The notes: generated by a model from the sequence alone, not told the origin. A stretch of DNA of 63,949 bases from an uncultured Prevotellaceae bacterium (GCA_946185805.1 CAMHKU010000001.1:1-63949), one strand, 5' to 3'. Shown: positions 19,748 to 30,380, counted from the stretch's first letter. Numbers and translations are program-made.

Positions 19748-21109
19748 ATGAGACTCTTACTATCCTTACTGTTAGCAGCAGCACTGCCCCTGACGGCGGT
19801 GGCGCAGTTGGGCGCGCGCTTTCCCTCTGAGCGCAAGGTGATAAAAGACCCGAAGACGGGTGTAGAGCTGGTGTTTCTGACCACGAAGAGCGGCACCGGC
19901 GACTCCAAGATTTACCAGACCCACAATCAGTGGACGTCAGACGGTAAATGGGTGATTTTCCGCTCCAACCGCGTGAGGGCAACAGGCCCCGACGGCAAGC
20001 CTCAAGGCGGCGAGGCCATGGCCGTGAACGAGGAGACGGGCGAGATGGTGCAGGTGACCGAGGGCGGCTTCACCGGCATGCTCTGTGTGGCCCGCAAGTC
20101 GATGAACCTCTACATCATGCGCCATGCTAAAGATAAAAAAGGTACGCGCACGGGCATGGAGGTGGTGGAAATCAACCTGGAGCGGCTGTTTGCTGACTCC
20201 GAGGCCGGCAAGCTGAAAAAGGCGGCGGCCTATGAGCGCGTCTGCGGCGTCATACCCGCCGAAATGTGCTCAGAGGGCGACATGGCCTTAGACGGCAGCG
20301 AGGAGATGGTCTACTTCCGCCTGGACAAGGAGTATGCCCGCAAGTACCCCATAGCTGAGCAGATAGCCCCCAACTTCGGTCCGCGCAAGATGGGCGCCGG
20401 CCCCGGCGGCATCGGCAAGATGGACCTCAGGACGGGCAAGTCGGAGATGGTCTGCGCCGTACATTTCAAGGTAGGCCATATCCAGGGCAACCCGTGGAAG
20501 GCGGGCGAGGTGATCTTCTGCTGGGAGACCGGTGGCAAGGCGCCGCAGCGCACGTGGATATGCGATGCCGACGGCACGGGCCTGCGCCCCATCTACCGTG
20601 AGGCTGCCCACGACTGGGTGACCCACGAGGCCGTCATCAGCGCCGACGAGCTGGTGATAGCCATCATAGGCCACCGCCCCATCGCTAAAGGCGAGCAGAA
20701 AGCAATCGAGGGCCTGGAGTCGTTTGCCACCTCCAATGACTGGGGAGCGTGTGGCACCAAGGAGTATCCAACGGGCATTGCCGTGGTCAACATGCGCACC
20801 CGCGAGCTGACGCTCGAAGGCCAGGTGCCCGGCGACAACTTCTGGCACGTGGCCGGCACCAGCGACGGCCACTATGTCTGCGGCGACGACTTCGCCCGCG
20901 AGCTGTGGCTCATCGACCGCCACACGGGCGAGCGCATACTGCTGACAGCCGGCCACAAGACGACGGCCCGCGACCACGTGCACCCCACCTTCAAGCCCGA
21001 CGGCACGGAGATTGAGATACAGTCGGCCATGCTCAGCGACGACGGACGCTCGATGAACATCTGCATCGTGCGACTGCCGCAGTATCTCATTGACAGGTAT
21101 AAGAAATAG
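19748..21109 (+). CDS. Oligogalacturonate lyase (PL22)-like beta-propeller protein
   Basis: Signal peptide; YQTHNQWTSDGKWVIFRS, HEAV, WHVA, HVHPTFKPDG; TATTTTTG promoter at 19702-19709. Confidence 0.75.
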   Translation: MRLLLSLLLAAALPLTAVAQLGARFPSERKVIKDPKTGVELVFLTTKSGTGDSKIYQTHNQWTSDGKWVIFRSNRVRATGPDGKPQGGEAMAVNEETGEMVQVTEGGFTGMLCVARKSMNLYIMRHAKDKKGTRTGMEVVEINLERLFADSEAGKLKKAAAYERVCGVIPAEMCSEGDMALDGSEEMVYFRLDKEYARKYPIAEQIAPNFGPRKMGAGPGGIGKMDLRTGKSEMVCAVHFKVGHIQGNPWKAGEVIFCWETGGKAPQRTWICDADGTGLRPIYREAAHDWVTHEAVISADELVIAIIGHRPIAKGEQKAIEGLESFATSNDWGACGTKEYPTGIAVVNMRTRELTLEGQVPGDNFWHVAGTSDGHYVCGDDFARELWLIDRHTGERILLTAGHKTTARDHVHPTFKPDGTEIEIQSAMLSDDGRSMNICIVRLPQYLIDRYKK

Positions 21110-21139
21110 TTTTTTTCGAGTTTTTCGTCATTACTTACT

Positions 21140-22921
21140 ATGGAATATAAATCTTTGAATATCATACGCTCGGCCATGATGGCAGCGGCGATGCTGCTCC
21201 TGGCCAGTTGCAAGTCGGGCAACCAAGAGGCTGCCACAGGCATGGCAGAGCCGCCACACCTGGAGCAGCGCGGTGGCGTGACGCAGCTCATCGTGAAAGG
21301 TAAGCCGTGGCTGGTGCTGGGCTGCGAGCTGGGCAACAGCACGTCGTCGAGCCGCGAGTATATGCAGCCCGTGTGGGAGAAACTTAAGCTGACGGGCGTC
21401 AACACCGTGCTCGCCGTAGTGTCGTGGGAGCAGACGGAGCCCGTGGAGGGACAGTTTGACTTCACCGTTGTCGACGACCTTATCCGTGACGCCCGTACCA
21501 ACGGCATGAAGCTCGCCCTGCTGTGGTTTGGCTCGTGGAAAAACGGCATTACCAGCTACACGCCTACGTGGGTGAAGCGCGACACCAAGCGCTTCCCGCT
21601 GGCCACGACGCCCGAGGGCAAGCCGCTGCCCATACTCTCGACCTTAGGCGAGGAGACCTGCAAGGCTGACGCCAAAGCCTTTGCCGCCGTGATGCAGCAT
21701 ATAAAAGAGGTTGACGCGCGCGAACAGACCGTGGTGATGATGCAGATGGAGAACGAGGTGGGGCTGCACGGCCATCCCCGTGACTACTGTCCGCTGGCCG
21801 AGAAGGCGTTCAGCGCCCCGGTGCCTAAGGCCCTCACCGACTATCTGACGGCTAACAAGGCCCGGCTGCTGCCCGAGACGCTGAAGGCCTGGGAGGCTAA
21901 GGGATGTCGCACGGAAGGCACGTGGGCCGAGGTGTTCGGCCCCGACGACCGCGCCGCCGAAATATTCATGGCCTGGCACTATGCCGCCTACATGGACCGT
22001 ATCACTGCTGCCGGCAAGGCGGCCTACAGCTTGCCCGTGTTTGTCAACGCCTGGATAGTGCAGCCCGAGGACAAGCGTCCCGGCAACTATCCCAGCGGCG
22101 GACCGCAGGCGCAGAACCACGACATCTGGCGGGCAGCGGCGCCCAGCATCGACATCCTCTCGCCCGACATCTACCTGAGCGACTTCCCCTCCATACTCCG
22201 GCTCTACGCCCGTGGCGGTAACCCCGTCTTTATTCCGGAGTCGCGCTCCGGACAGCAGGGGGCTGCCAACGCCGCCTATGCCATCGGCGCCATGGGGGCC
22301 ATCGGCTATTCACCCTTCGGCTTCGAGCGCAACTGCAGCGACGAGGTGAATGTTTCCTTCTGCCAGTTCTACCAGAAAGCTGGCGCCGTGGCCGACACCA
22401 TCCTCACCGCGCAGGCAGAGGGGCGCATCGGCGCCGCCTGGCTCAAGGGCAGCGACCCGCAGCGGGTGAAGGATACCATTCGGCTGGGCGACGTGAAGAT
22501 TGTCTGCGAGCTCATCTCCAGCGGCATGCGCAACGGCGGTGCGCCGCAGCTCACCGGCGGCACTTACGACCCGGCGGCCATAGGCTATGCCATTGCCATA
22601 CGCCGGCAGCCAGCGGCCGGCAGTCAAGATGCTGAGGCCGATAGCTTGAATGTCGGGGCCGGCGAATTTCTTTTCCTCGGCTCCAACGTGCGCGTCACCT
22701 TCCTCCCGGCCGACGGCAAGGGCTTCATTGGGCTTGCCAAGGTCACTGAGGGCGACTACGATGCCCAGGGCCGCTGGCATGAAGGCCGCTGGCTCAACGG
22801 CGACGAGATACAACTGCGCTACGACCTGCTCTATGCCGTCGGCGAGAGCTACTCAGGCCAGGGGCTTAACTTTGGCCGTCAGGAGCCGCAATTCCTTAAG
22901 GTTGAACTATTTAATTACTGA
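21140..22921 (+). CDS. GH35-like beta-galactosidase lipoprotein (DUF5597-type)
   Basis: Lipobox LASC; GCELGNS, SWEQTEPVEGQFDF, WFGSWKNG, QMENEVG, FIPE. Confidence 0.78.
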   Translation: MEYKSLNIIRSAMMAAAMLLLASCKSGNQEAATGMAEPPHLEQRGGVTQLIVKGKPWLVLGCELGNSTSSSREYMQPVWEKLKLTGVNTVLAVVSWEQTEPVEGQFDFTVVDDLIRDARTNGMKLALLWFGSWKNGITSYTPTWVKRDTKRFPLATTPEGKPLPILSTLGEETCKADAKAFAAVMQHIKEVDAREQTVVMMQMENEVGLHGHPRDYCPLAEKAFSAPVPKALTDYLTANKARLLPETLKAWEAKGCRTEGTWAEVFGPDDRAAEIFMAWHYAAYMDRITAAGKAAYSLPVFVNAWIVQPEDKRPGNYPSGGPQAQNHDIWRAAAPSIDILSPDIYLSDFPSILRLYARGGNPVFIPESRSGQQGAANAAYAIGAMGAIGYSPFGFERNCSDEVNVSFCQFYQKAGAVADTILTAQAEGRIGAAWLKGSDPQRVKDTIRLGDVKIVCELISSGMRNGGAPQLTGGTYDPAAIGYAIAIRRQPAAGSQDAEADSLNVGAGEFLFLGSNVRVTFLPADGKGFIGLAKVTEGDYDAQGRWHEGRWLNGDEIQLRYDLLYAVGESYSGQGLNFGRQEPQFLKVELFNY

Positions 22922-22922
22922 C

Positions 22923-24107
22923 ATGAGAAAGGGTGCACTTACTATTTTGTCGCTGCTGGCGCTGGGAGCTTCGGCACAGGCGCCCGAGGTGCAGGTGACG
23001 GAGCCGGGGTTCCGGGTGTTTCAGTTTCCACGGACGCAGATACCTCGCATCGACGGGCAGTTTGACGACTGGGACATCGTGCCCGAGAGCTACGCCGTCA
23101 CCATCGCCGAGATGTGGGACGACACGGGCCGCCATCCCAACGGTCCCGTAAACTGCGCTACCAGCGCAGTCCCCCCACCCCCCGCTGCCCCCCCAGCCCC
23201 CGCGTCCCCCGATGCCCGCACCCTCGACATCAGCGTCAAGGTAGGGTGGGTAGACGGCCTCAACCGCCTCTACTTCCTCTACGAGGCTTACGACGACTAT
23301 TGGGACTTCGACCAGTTAGGGCTGCGCAACGACACCTACGAGATTGTTGTCGACGGCGACCTCAGCGGCGGCCCCCACGTCGACGAGATGAGGCTCAACC
23401 CTGCGGTGAAGTCGCGCATCGACGCCTTCTTCGACTTCCAGAACCAGCATGCGCAGAACTACCACATCATGACGCCGCCCACCGAGGGCAAGTCATGGAC
23501 CATGGTGTGGGGGCCGCAGCAGTGGCTCAAGTACCTGCCCTATGCCAACTATGCCTACGACTATAGCTTCAAGCACGGCGAGAGCGGACGGCTGAGGATG
23601 GAATTCTATATCACGCCCTTCGACTACGCCAGCCCTGAAGGCCCCGGGAAGTCGGTGGAGAGCCGACTCTACGAGAACAAGAAAATCGGCCTGTCGTGGG
23701 CCGTCATCGACTACGACGGCGGACAGGGCAACAACGGATTCTGGAACCTCTCGAAGCACCATAAGATGTATGGCAACGCCTCCATGCAGCGCCTCTTCAC
23801 GCTGATGCCGCTGGAGAAGCAGTTCCGTAAGGCCGTGGAGTGTGACTGGACGTTCACCGTGGTGCCCGACACGCGCACCGTGAGCTTCCGCGACCGCAGT
23901 TATGGCAAGATTACCCGCTGGCACTGGGACTTCGGCGACGGCACCACCTCGGACGAGCAGAACCCCGTGCACACCTACAAGCGCGACTTCGCACACTACG
24001 TGGTAACGCTCACCGTGGAAGGACCTGAGGGCACGGCCCGTCACTGCAAGGTGTGGGAGGTCTGCGTACGCGACCTGCACAAACCGTCGAACACGGGTTA
24101 CGACTGA
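22923..24107 (+). CDS. Exported protein with carbohydrate-binding-like N-domain and C-terminal PKD domain
   Basis: Signal peptide MRKGALTIL; PRIDGQFDDW (CBM9/DOMON-like); WHWDFGDGTTSDEQNPVHTY PKD. Confidence 0.7.
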   Translation: MRKGALTILSLLALGASAQAPEVQVTEPGFRVFQFPRTQIPRIDGQFDDWDIVPESYAVTIAEMWDDTGRHPNGPVNCATSAVPPPPAAPPAPASPDARTLDISVKVGWVDGLNRLYFLYEAYDDYWDFDQLGLRNDTYEIVVDGDLSGGPHVDEMRLNPAVKSRIDAFFDFQNQHAQNYHIMTPPTEGKSWTMVWGPQQWLKYLPYANYAYDYSFKHGESGRLRMEFYITPFDYASPEGPGKSVESRLYENKKIGLSWAVIDYDGGQGNNGFWNLSKHHKMYGNASMQRLFTLMPLEKQFRKAVECDWTFTVVPDTRTVSFRDRSYGKITRWHWDFGDGTTSDEQNPVHTYKRDFAHYVVTLTVEGPEGTARHCKVWEVCVRDLHKPSNTGYD

Positions 24108-24224
24108 TAGCTTTTACGACAACGAATGAAGACGAATGTGCACGGATGGTTTTTACGACAACGAATGAAGACGAATTTGCACGGATAGCTTTTACGACAA
24201 CGAATTAAAACGAATTACACGAAT
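24106..24224. repeat. 39-bp tandem repeat x3 with internal ACGAAT 9-nt periodicity
   Basis: GATAGCTTTTACGACAACGAATGAAGACGAATGTGCACG and variants at 24106, 24145, 24184. Confidence 0.9.
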
Positions 24225-25707
24225 GAGACGAATTAATTATTATTTGACGAATATGGCTGTGGCGCTGACGATGACGACGGCAGCTATGGCACAGACACCA
24301 CCTGTTAATGACAACAACACGCCGCTGCACCTGATGAAGCCCGCCTACAAGCTGGGCTATGGCATACCTAAGACGGAGGACGTGAAGCAAGTGATGGACC
24401 GCGTGCTGCGCTATATCGACGGCGAGACCCCTGCCGTGCTCATCGACAAGCGCACGGGCCAGGAGGTGGCCGTGCCCACGAGTAGCGGGAAGACTGCCAC
24501 ATGGACTGCCAGCGAGCACATGCAGCTCAAGCAGGGCGGCTTCCGGCTGACGAGCTATGAGTGGGGCGTCACTTATTCAGCCGTGCTCGCCGCCTACGAG
24601 GCCACCGGCGACGAGGCCTACCGCGACTACGTCAGCAAGCGCTACCAGCTGCTGGCCGGCATCTTTCCTGCTTTCAAGAAACTGCACGAACAAGGCAAGT
24701 CGTTCGACGGCAACATACGCCGTGTGGTAGCCCCCCACGCACTCGACGATGCCGGTGCCGTCTGCTGCTCAATGATCAAGGCCATGCTTATGGAAAGAGG
24801 AAAGAGGAAAGAGGCAAGAGGTGAGAGACCTGACCAGCAAGACAATTCTCTTACCTCTCACCTCTTACCCCTCACCTCTAACTACGCCGACTATATCATG
24901 AACAAAGAGTACCGCCTGAGCGACGGCACCTTTGCGCGCCTGCGCCCGCAGAAGAATACGGTGTGGCTCGACGACATGTTTATGGGCATACCCACGGTGG
25001 CCTACATGGGCCGGCTCACCGGCGACGCCAAGTATTACGACGAGGCTGCGCGCCAGGTGTTGCAGTTTGCCCGGCGCATGTGGGTGCCCGAGAAGAAACT
25101 CTTTCGCCACGGGTGGGTGGAGAGCATGGAGCCCCACATGGCCTTCCACTGGGGCAGGGCCAACGGGTGGGCTATCCTGACGATGTGTGAAGTGCTTGAC
25201 GTGCTGCCCGCCGACCATCCCAAGCACGGCGAGATACTCAAATTGCTGCAGCAGCACGCCGAGGGGCTGGCAGCCCTGCAGCATCACGACGGCTACTGGC
25301 ACCAGCTGCTGGATCGCAGCGACACCTATCTGGAGGCATCGGCAACGGCTATCTATGCCTACTGTCTGGCACACGCCGTCAACAAGGGGTGGATCAGCGC
25401 CAAGGCCTTCGGACCCGTAGCCCTGATGGCTTGGCACGCCGTGGCCGCCAGCGTCAACGACCGCGGGCAGGTGGAGAATGTCTGCGTGGGCACGGGCATG
25501 GGCTTCGACGCCTCGTTCTATGCCTACCGTCCCGTCCACGTGATGGCCGCCCACGGCTATGGACCTGTCATCTGGGCCGGAGCCGAGATAATCAACCTGC
25601 TGCGCCGGCAGCATCCTAAGCTCAACGACTCGGCAGTGCAGTTCTACGACAACGAGGTGCCTACCGACAAGCCTATCTTCAACTACGACGGAAGCATCAG
25701 GTTCTGA
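24223..25707 (+). CDS. GH105 unsaturated rhamnogalacturonyl hydrolase
   Basis: LDDAG, VWLDDMFM, LFRHGW, WGRANGW, WHQLLD, LEASATA. Confidence 0.88.
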   Translation: MRRINYYLTNMAVALTMTTAAMAQTPPVNDNNTPLHLMKPAYKLGYGIPKTEDVKQVMDRVLRYIDGETPAVLIDKRTGQEVAVPTSSGKTATWTASEHMQLKQGGFRLTSYEWGVTYSAVLAAYEATGDEAYRDYVSKRYQLLAGIFPAFKKLHEQGKSFDGNIRRVVAPHALDDAGAVCCSMIKAMLMERGKRKEARGERPDQQDNSLTSHLLPLTSNYADYIMNKEYRLSDGTFARLRPQKNTVWLDDMFMGIPTVAYMGRLTGDAKYYDEAARQVLQFARRMWVPEKKLFRHGWVESMEPHMAFHWGRANGWAILTMCEVLDVLPADHPKHGEILKLLQQHAEGLAALQHHDGYWHQLLDRSDTYLEASATAIYAYCLAHAVNKGWISAKAFGPVALMAWHAVAASVNDRGQVENVCVGTGMGFDASFYAYRPVHVMAAHGYGPVIWAGAEIINLLRRQHPKLNDSAVQFYDNEVPTDKPIFNYDGSIRF

Positions 25708-25765
25708 AAATTGAACATTGAAAATTGAAGATTGAGGATTGAAGATTGGAGATTGAAAGGTTGAG
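25705..25765. repeat. TGAARAT heptamer array (~8 units) filling the GH105-HTCS spacer
   Basis: tgaaaat tgaacat tgaaaat tgaagat tgaggat tgaagat tggagat; first TGA is the GH105 stop. Confidence 0.9.
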
Positions 25766-25768
25766 ACT

Positions 25769-28700
25769 ATGAGGAACGAGGTGCAGAAGATATTGGCGCT
25801 ATTAGTCTGCGTTGTGCTGATGCTGCCGATGTGGGCACAGCGTAACACGCCCTTTGGGCTGATTGACTCGTCGTTCGGGCTGAGCAACAACTTCATACTC
25901 TCGCTGGCCATCGACGGCCAGGGATTCGTGTGGGTGGGCACTGAGTCGGGACTCAACCGCGTGGCCGCCGGCACGTGCCTCAATTACAAGTGTACGCCGC
26001 CATACGGCAAGGGAAGGGGTAACAGCAACCGTATCAACACGCTTTACTACGACCCCTCGGCCGACCTGATGTTTGTAGGGACAGAGAGCGGACTCAATAT
26101 CCTGAAGCCGCGCTCGGGCATATTCGTAAAGCCGGAAAAGGGCGACTCGTTGGTGAACTACAGCATCGAGGATATTACCCCGGGCGGTGGCTCGTTGCTT
26201 TGGCTGGTATATGCCAACGGTCAGCTGCAGCAGATTGACACCAAGACGCTGGCTGTCACTACGCGCCCGATTAACAACAAGGGCGGATGCCGCTGTGCTC
26301 TCGACGACGGCACCGGGCGCCTGTATTTAGGCTACAACAAAGGCGGCATGAGGATTGTCGACATAGAGACGGGGCACATCATTGGCCAGTATATACACTA
26401 CCCCGGACAGGCCCACAGTATCCCCGGCGACAATGTGCGCCGCGTGATGCGCGACAGCCGCCACCGCATCTGGGTGGGCACCGACCACGGGCTGGCACTT
26501 TACGATGCCAAGAACGGTATCTTCCATAAAGTGACCCACAGCGACATGCCCTTCGACGACAATGTGTTTGATATTTGTGAGATGGCCGACGGCTGCCTGT
26601 GGATAGCCTGCGACGTGGGCGGCGTCAGCGTGCTTTCTGCTGTTGACCACCCGGCGGCTGACCGCCTCGTCTTTGATGAGGGTACACCGGCAGCGCTGTC
26701 GTCGCTCAACTCCAGGGCTTTGGTGCAAGACAAGTTTGGCAACGTATGGGTGGGCAATCACAGCACCGGCGTCGACTTTATTGCCAGCCATGAGCCGCCA
26801 CTGCGCATCCTGCCTTACTATGGTGAGCAGGGACGGTTCCGCGATATCCATGCCATCGCCCACGACGCCCAAGGCTACCTCTGGGTCAATGGCGGCGACT
26901 ATCTGAGCCGATGGGAGCGAGGACAGATGACTGGCGAGTGGCGCATACAGGGCATGAAGGGACGGGCACACTCCTTTGCACGCAGCATGATGGCCGACAG
27001 CCGGGGCAACATCTGGCTCGGCATGGAGGACGAGGGCGTCATCAGGTTTGATACCCATACCCATCAGTTTCAGTATATTGACATTGGCTACGATGCACCG
27101 GACATACACGCCTTCTATGAAGACCGCGACGGCCGCATCTGGATAGGCAGCCAGCTGGGCGTTTGTACCTATTACGAAGGACGAGTGACACCGGAACCTC
27201 AAATCGACCGTCTCACCCGCAATGCGCCCGTCACCAGTTTCATGCGGCTCAGTGACGACGAGCTGCTTATGACTACTCAGGGTAATGGCGTCATCGTCTA
27301 CAACCAGCGTACCGGCGACAGCCAGACGCTAAGCCTGCGTGAAGGACTGCCCACGCCGAATGTCAATCAAGCGGTAAGCGACGGCAAGCAGGGCGTGTGG
27401 CTGGCCACCACTGCCGGCATTGTACATCTCAACCTACGGCCTTACTCCTCGTCAACCATCACCCAGGGACTGACAGACACCCATATTCAGGCTATTGCCA
27501 CTGACAGCTACGGCCGCCTGTGGGCAAGTACCTATACGGGTATTGTATGCTACTATCCTGACACCAAGACTTTCCACCACTATAGCGGCTATCGGCAGTC
27601 GGCCAGCGGATTCTCGGCGGGAGCAGTGGCCACCACCGCCGGCGGCAACATCGCATTCGGGTCGTCCAACGGGGTGTTCTATCTTAACCCCGACGGTACG
27701 GACTGGATTTCTGACATTGCCCACCCGCAGATTGTGGCCTGCGATGTGTATTATCCTACCGACGAGGAAATGGGCACTTTCAGTGTAGTACCTGACGATG
27801 ACGGGCGCATAGAACTAAGCCATCGGCAGAACACGCTGCGAATACTCGTTACCCATGACAACTATGCGCATAGAGGCCACGTAGACTTTTCGTACAAGAT
27901 GGAGGGTATCGATGACAAGTGGTACGACGTCGGCAGCGACCAGGAAGTGGTGTTCCGCAGTCTCTCACCAGGGCATTACACCTTTGTCGTCAGAGCCAAG
28001 CTGCGCAGCCAGGACTGGAGCGATGACAATATTCAGCAACTCAGCATCGTCATCCATCCGCCTTTCTGGCAAACGTGGTGGGCGTGGCTCATCTATGCTG
28101 GCATAGCGATTGCATGGATTGTATACACCTTGCGGTCGTACAAGCGGCGAGTAGCTCTGCGCTCATCGCTGGAGATGCAGCAGCACGAGAATGTGCAGAA
28201 GCAGCAGCTCAACGAAGAGCGCCTAAGATTCTTTACCAACATTACACACGAGCTGCGCACACCGCTGACGCTCATACTCGGACCCCTCGACGACCTGGTC
28301 AACGACCCTCAGCTGCCACAGGCCTACCGCCATCGGGTGAGCACTATACAGAAGAGCGCCCTGCGGTTGCATGACCTTATCAACGAAATCCTGGAGTTTC
28401 GAAAGACGGAAACCCAGAACCGGCGGCTCACCGTGGCCCGGGGTGACCTGGGCACGCTGGTTCACGAGATAGTGCTCAACTACCGCGAGCTGAACCGCAA
28501 CCGGCAGGTGCTCATCGTTGACCACCTACAGCCTCAGTTGCCAATGGTTTATTTCGACTCGGAAGTGATTTCAACGATTATGTCTAACTTCCTTTCCAAT
28601 GCCATGAAATATACCGAGCGAGGAAGCATCAGTGTGAGCGTTGCCGCCGACACCAGTGAAATAGCTATCCGTGTCAGCGACACTGGCTATGGCATTGCCC

Positions 28701-29845
28701 CCGAGGCCTTGCCCCATATCTTCGACCGCTACTATCAGGCCAAGGGTAGCCATCAGGCTTCAGGCACAGGTATCGGTCTGGCGCTCGTCAAGTCGCTCGC
28801 CGACTTGCATCAGGGCACGCTGACCGTCGATAGTCAGGAAGGCCGAGGCAGTTGCTTCACCTTTAAACTCAATATAGACAATACTTACCCTGATGCACTG
28901 CATAAGGAAGACGAGATAACAGACCAGGAGGCTTCCACGGCAACGCAAAGAGTGACGGTCGACGAGGACAGTGGCGACGAACAGCCAATACTGCTCGTCG
29001 TGGAGGACAATGACGATATCAGGCAGTATGTGGCCGACTCCCTGGGCGACGACTTCCGTATACTCCAGGCTACCAATGGCGAAGAGGGCGCACAGGTGGC
29101 CCTGCAACAGATGCCCGACGTGATTATCAGCGACATCATGATGCCCAAGATGGACGGCATAGCGCTCACACGGCTGTTGAAACACGACATACGTACCAGC
29201 CATATTCCCATTATCCTGCTTACCGCCAAAGATACTATCGAAGACAAGGAGACCGGCTATGACAGCGGTGCCGACTCATACCTTACTAAGCCATTTACCG
29301 CCAAGCTGCTGATCAGTCGCATACGTAACATTATGGCTAACCGCCGCCGAATGGCAGAGCAAATGACATCGGCCACCGTCTCCACCAGTCCGGCGCTCTG
29401 CGCTTTCCCCGCCGCGACCACAGCGCCCGGCGGCTTCCCTGCTGATACCACAGTGCTCGGCGGTTCTGCCGCCGAGACCCCCGCGCCCCCCGCGTCTGCT
29501 GCACCTGGTCTCTCACCCCTCGACCACGAGTTTATCCAACGGCTAAACACCCTCATCAGCGACCATATCATGCAGGAAGACATTGATATGGCTTTCCTCA
29601 CCGATAAGATGGCCATGAGCCACAGCACCTTCTACCGCAAGGTGAAAGCCCTTACCGGCATGACAGCTAAGGAGTATGTCAGGCGACAGCGTCTTAACCA
29701 CTGCTACCGACTCTTGGAGAGCGGCGACTATAATGTTAACGAGGCCGCCATGATGACTGGTTTCAACCAGATGGCTCATTTTCGTGAAGTATTCAAGAAG
29801 GAGTTTGGCATCTTGCCATCAGAAGTAATAAGGAAGTCAAAATAG
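25769..29845 (+). CDS. Hybrid two-component system sensor-regulator (HTCS)
   Basis: Periplasmic propeller repeats, Y_Y_Y, TM, FFTNITHELRTPLTLI, GTGIGL, receiver DIMMPKMDG, AraC HTH. Confidence 0.95.
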   Translation: MRNEVQKILALLVCVVLMLPMWAQRNTPFGLIDSSFGLSNNFILSLAIDGQGFVWVGTESGLNRVAAGTCLNYKCTPPYGKGRGNSNRINTLYYDPSADLMFVGTESGLNILKPRSGIFVKPEKGDSLVNYSIEDITPGGGSLLWLVYANGQLQQIDTKTLAVTTRPINNKGGCRCALDDGTGRLYLGYNKGGMRIVDIETGHIIGQYIHYPGQAHSIPGDNVRRVMRDSRHRIWVGTDHGLALYDAKNGIFHKVTHSDMPFDDNVFDICEMADGCLWIACDVGGVSVLSAVDHPAADRLVFDEGTPAALSSLNSRALVQDKFGNVWVGNHSTGVDFIASHEPPLRILPYYGEQGRFRDIHAIAHDAQGYLWVNGGDYLSRWERGQMTGEWRIQGMKGRAHSFARSMMADSRGNIWLGMEDEGVIRFDTHTHQFQYIDIGYDAPDIHAFYEDRDGRIWIGSQLGVCTYYEGRVTPEPQIDRLTRNAPVTSFMRLSDDELLMTTQGNGVIVYNQRTGDSQTLSLREGLPTPNVNQAVSDGKQGVWLATTAGIVHLNLRPYSSSTITQGLTDTHIQAIATDSYGRLWASTYTGIVCYYPDTKTFHHYSGYRQSASGFSAGAVATTAGGNIAFGSSNGVFYLNPDGTDWISDIAHPQIVACDVYYPTDEEMGTFSVVPDDDGRIELSHRQNTLRILVTHDNYAHRGHVDFSYKMEGIDDKWYDVGSDQEVVFRSLSPGHYTFVVRAKLRSQDWSDDNIQQLSIVIHPPFWQTWWAWLIYAGIAIAWIVYTLRSYKRRVALRSSLEMQQHENVQKQQLNEERLRFFTNITHELRTPLTLILGPLDDLVNDPQLPQAYRHRVSTIQKSALRLHDLINEILEFRKTETQNRRLTVARGDLGTLVHEIVLNYRELNRNRQVLIVDHLQPQLPMVYFDSEVISTIMSNFLSNAMKYTERGSISVSVAADTSEIAIRVSDTGYGIAPEALPHIFDRYYQAKGSHQASGTGIGLALVKSLADLHQGTLTVDSQEGRGSCFTFKLNIDNTYPDALHKEDEITDQEASTATQRVTVDEDSGDEQPILLVVEDNDDIRQYVADSLGDDFRILQATNGEEGAQVALQQMPDVIISDIMMPKMDGIALTRLLKHDIRTSHIPIILLTAKDTIEDKETGYDSGADSYLTKPFTAKLLISRIRNIMANRRRMAEQMTSATVSTSPALCAFPAATTAPGGFPADTTVLGGSAAETPAPPASAAPGLSPLDHEFIQRLNTLISDHIMQEDIDMAFLTDKMAMSHSTFYRKVKALTGMTAKEYVRRQRLNHCYRLLESGDYNVNEAAMMTGFNQMAHFREVFKKEFGILPSEVIRKSK

Positions 29846-29886
29846 CAATATTAGTTGAACTTAAAACCTCATAGTACTTAATAATC

Positions 29887-30348
29887 ATGATAAGAAAAGC
29901 AGAACCACGTGACATCAAAGGCCTGATAGCACTGCTCTATCAGGTTGACGCCGTACACAACGGCATTAGGCCAGACCTGTTTAAGGGCAATACGGCTAAA
30001 TACAACGAACAAGAGCTTGAAAGCATACTCACTGATGATACCAAGCCTATCTTTGTCTTTGATGAAGGCCGAATATTAGGACATGCCTTCTGCCAAGTGA
30101 CGGAGGTCAGCAATCATCCTTTGTTGCAGGACATAAAAACGCTATATATCGACGACATCTGTGTTGACAAGCAGGCGCGTGGCCGTCACATCGGACAGGC
30201 GCTGTATGAATATGTTCGCGACTATGCCCGCTCCATCGGGTGTTACAACATTACGCTCAACGTATGGGAAGGCAATGCTCCTGCTCTCGCTTTCTACAGA
30301 AACATGGGTATGGCAGTCCAGAAAACAGGTATGGAAACGATATTATGA
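29887..30348 (+). CDS. GNAT family acetyltransferase
   Basis: LYIDDICVDKQARGRHIGQAL, LNVWEGN..ALAFY. Confidence 0.88.
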   Translation: MIRKAEPRDIKGLIALLYQVDAVHNGIRPDLFKGNTAKYNEQELESILTDDTKPIFVFDEGRILGHAFCQVTEVSNHPLLQDIKTLYIDDICVDKQARGRHIGQALYEYVRDYARSIGCYNITLNVWEGNAPALAFYRNMGMAVQKTGMETIL

Positions 30349-30380
30349 CGACAAAGTTTATTAATAAAGCGAAACTGGAC

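Noticed and set aside
22650-22922. N-terminal extension of the PKD protein
   Set aside because: Overlaps the GH35-like gene; a signal peptide starts at 22923
24106-24224. Possible CRISPR array
   Set aside because: Units are contiguous with no unique spacers; no cas genes in the window
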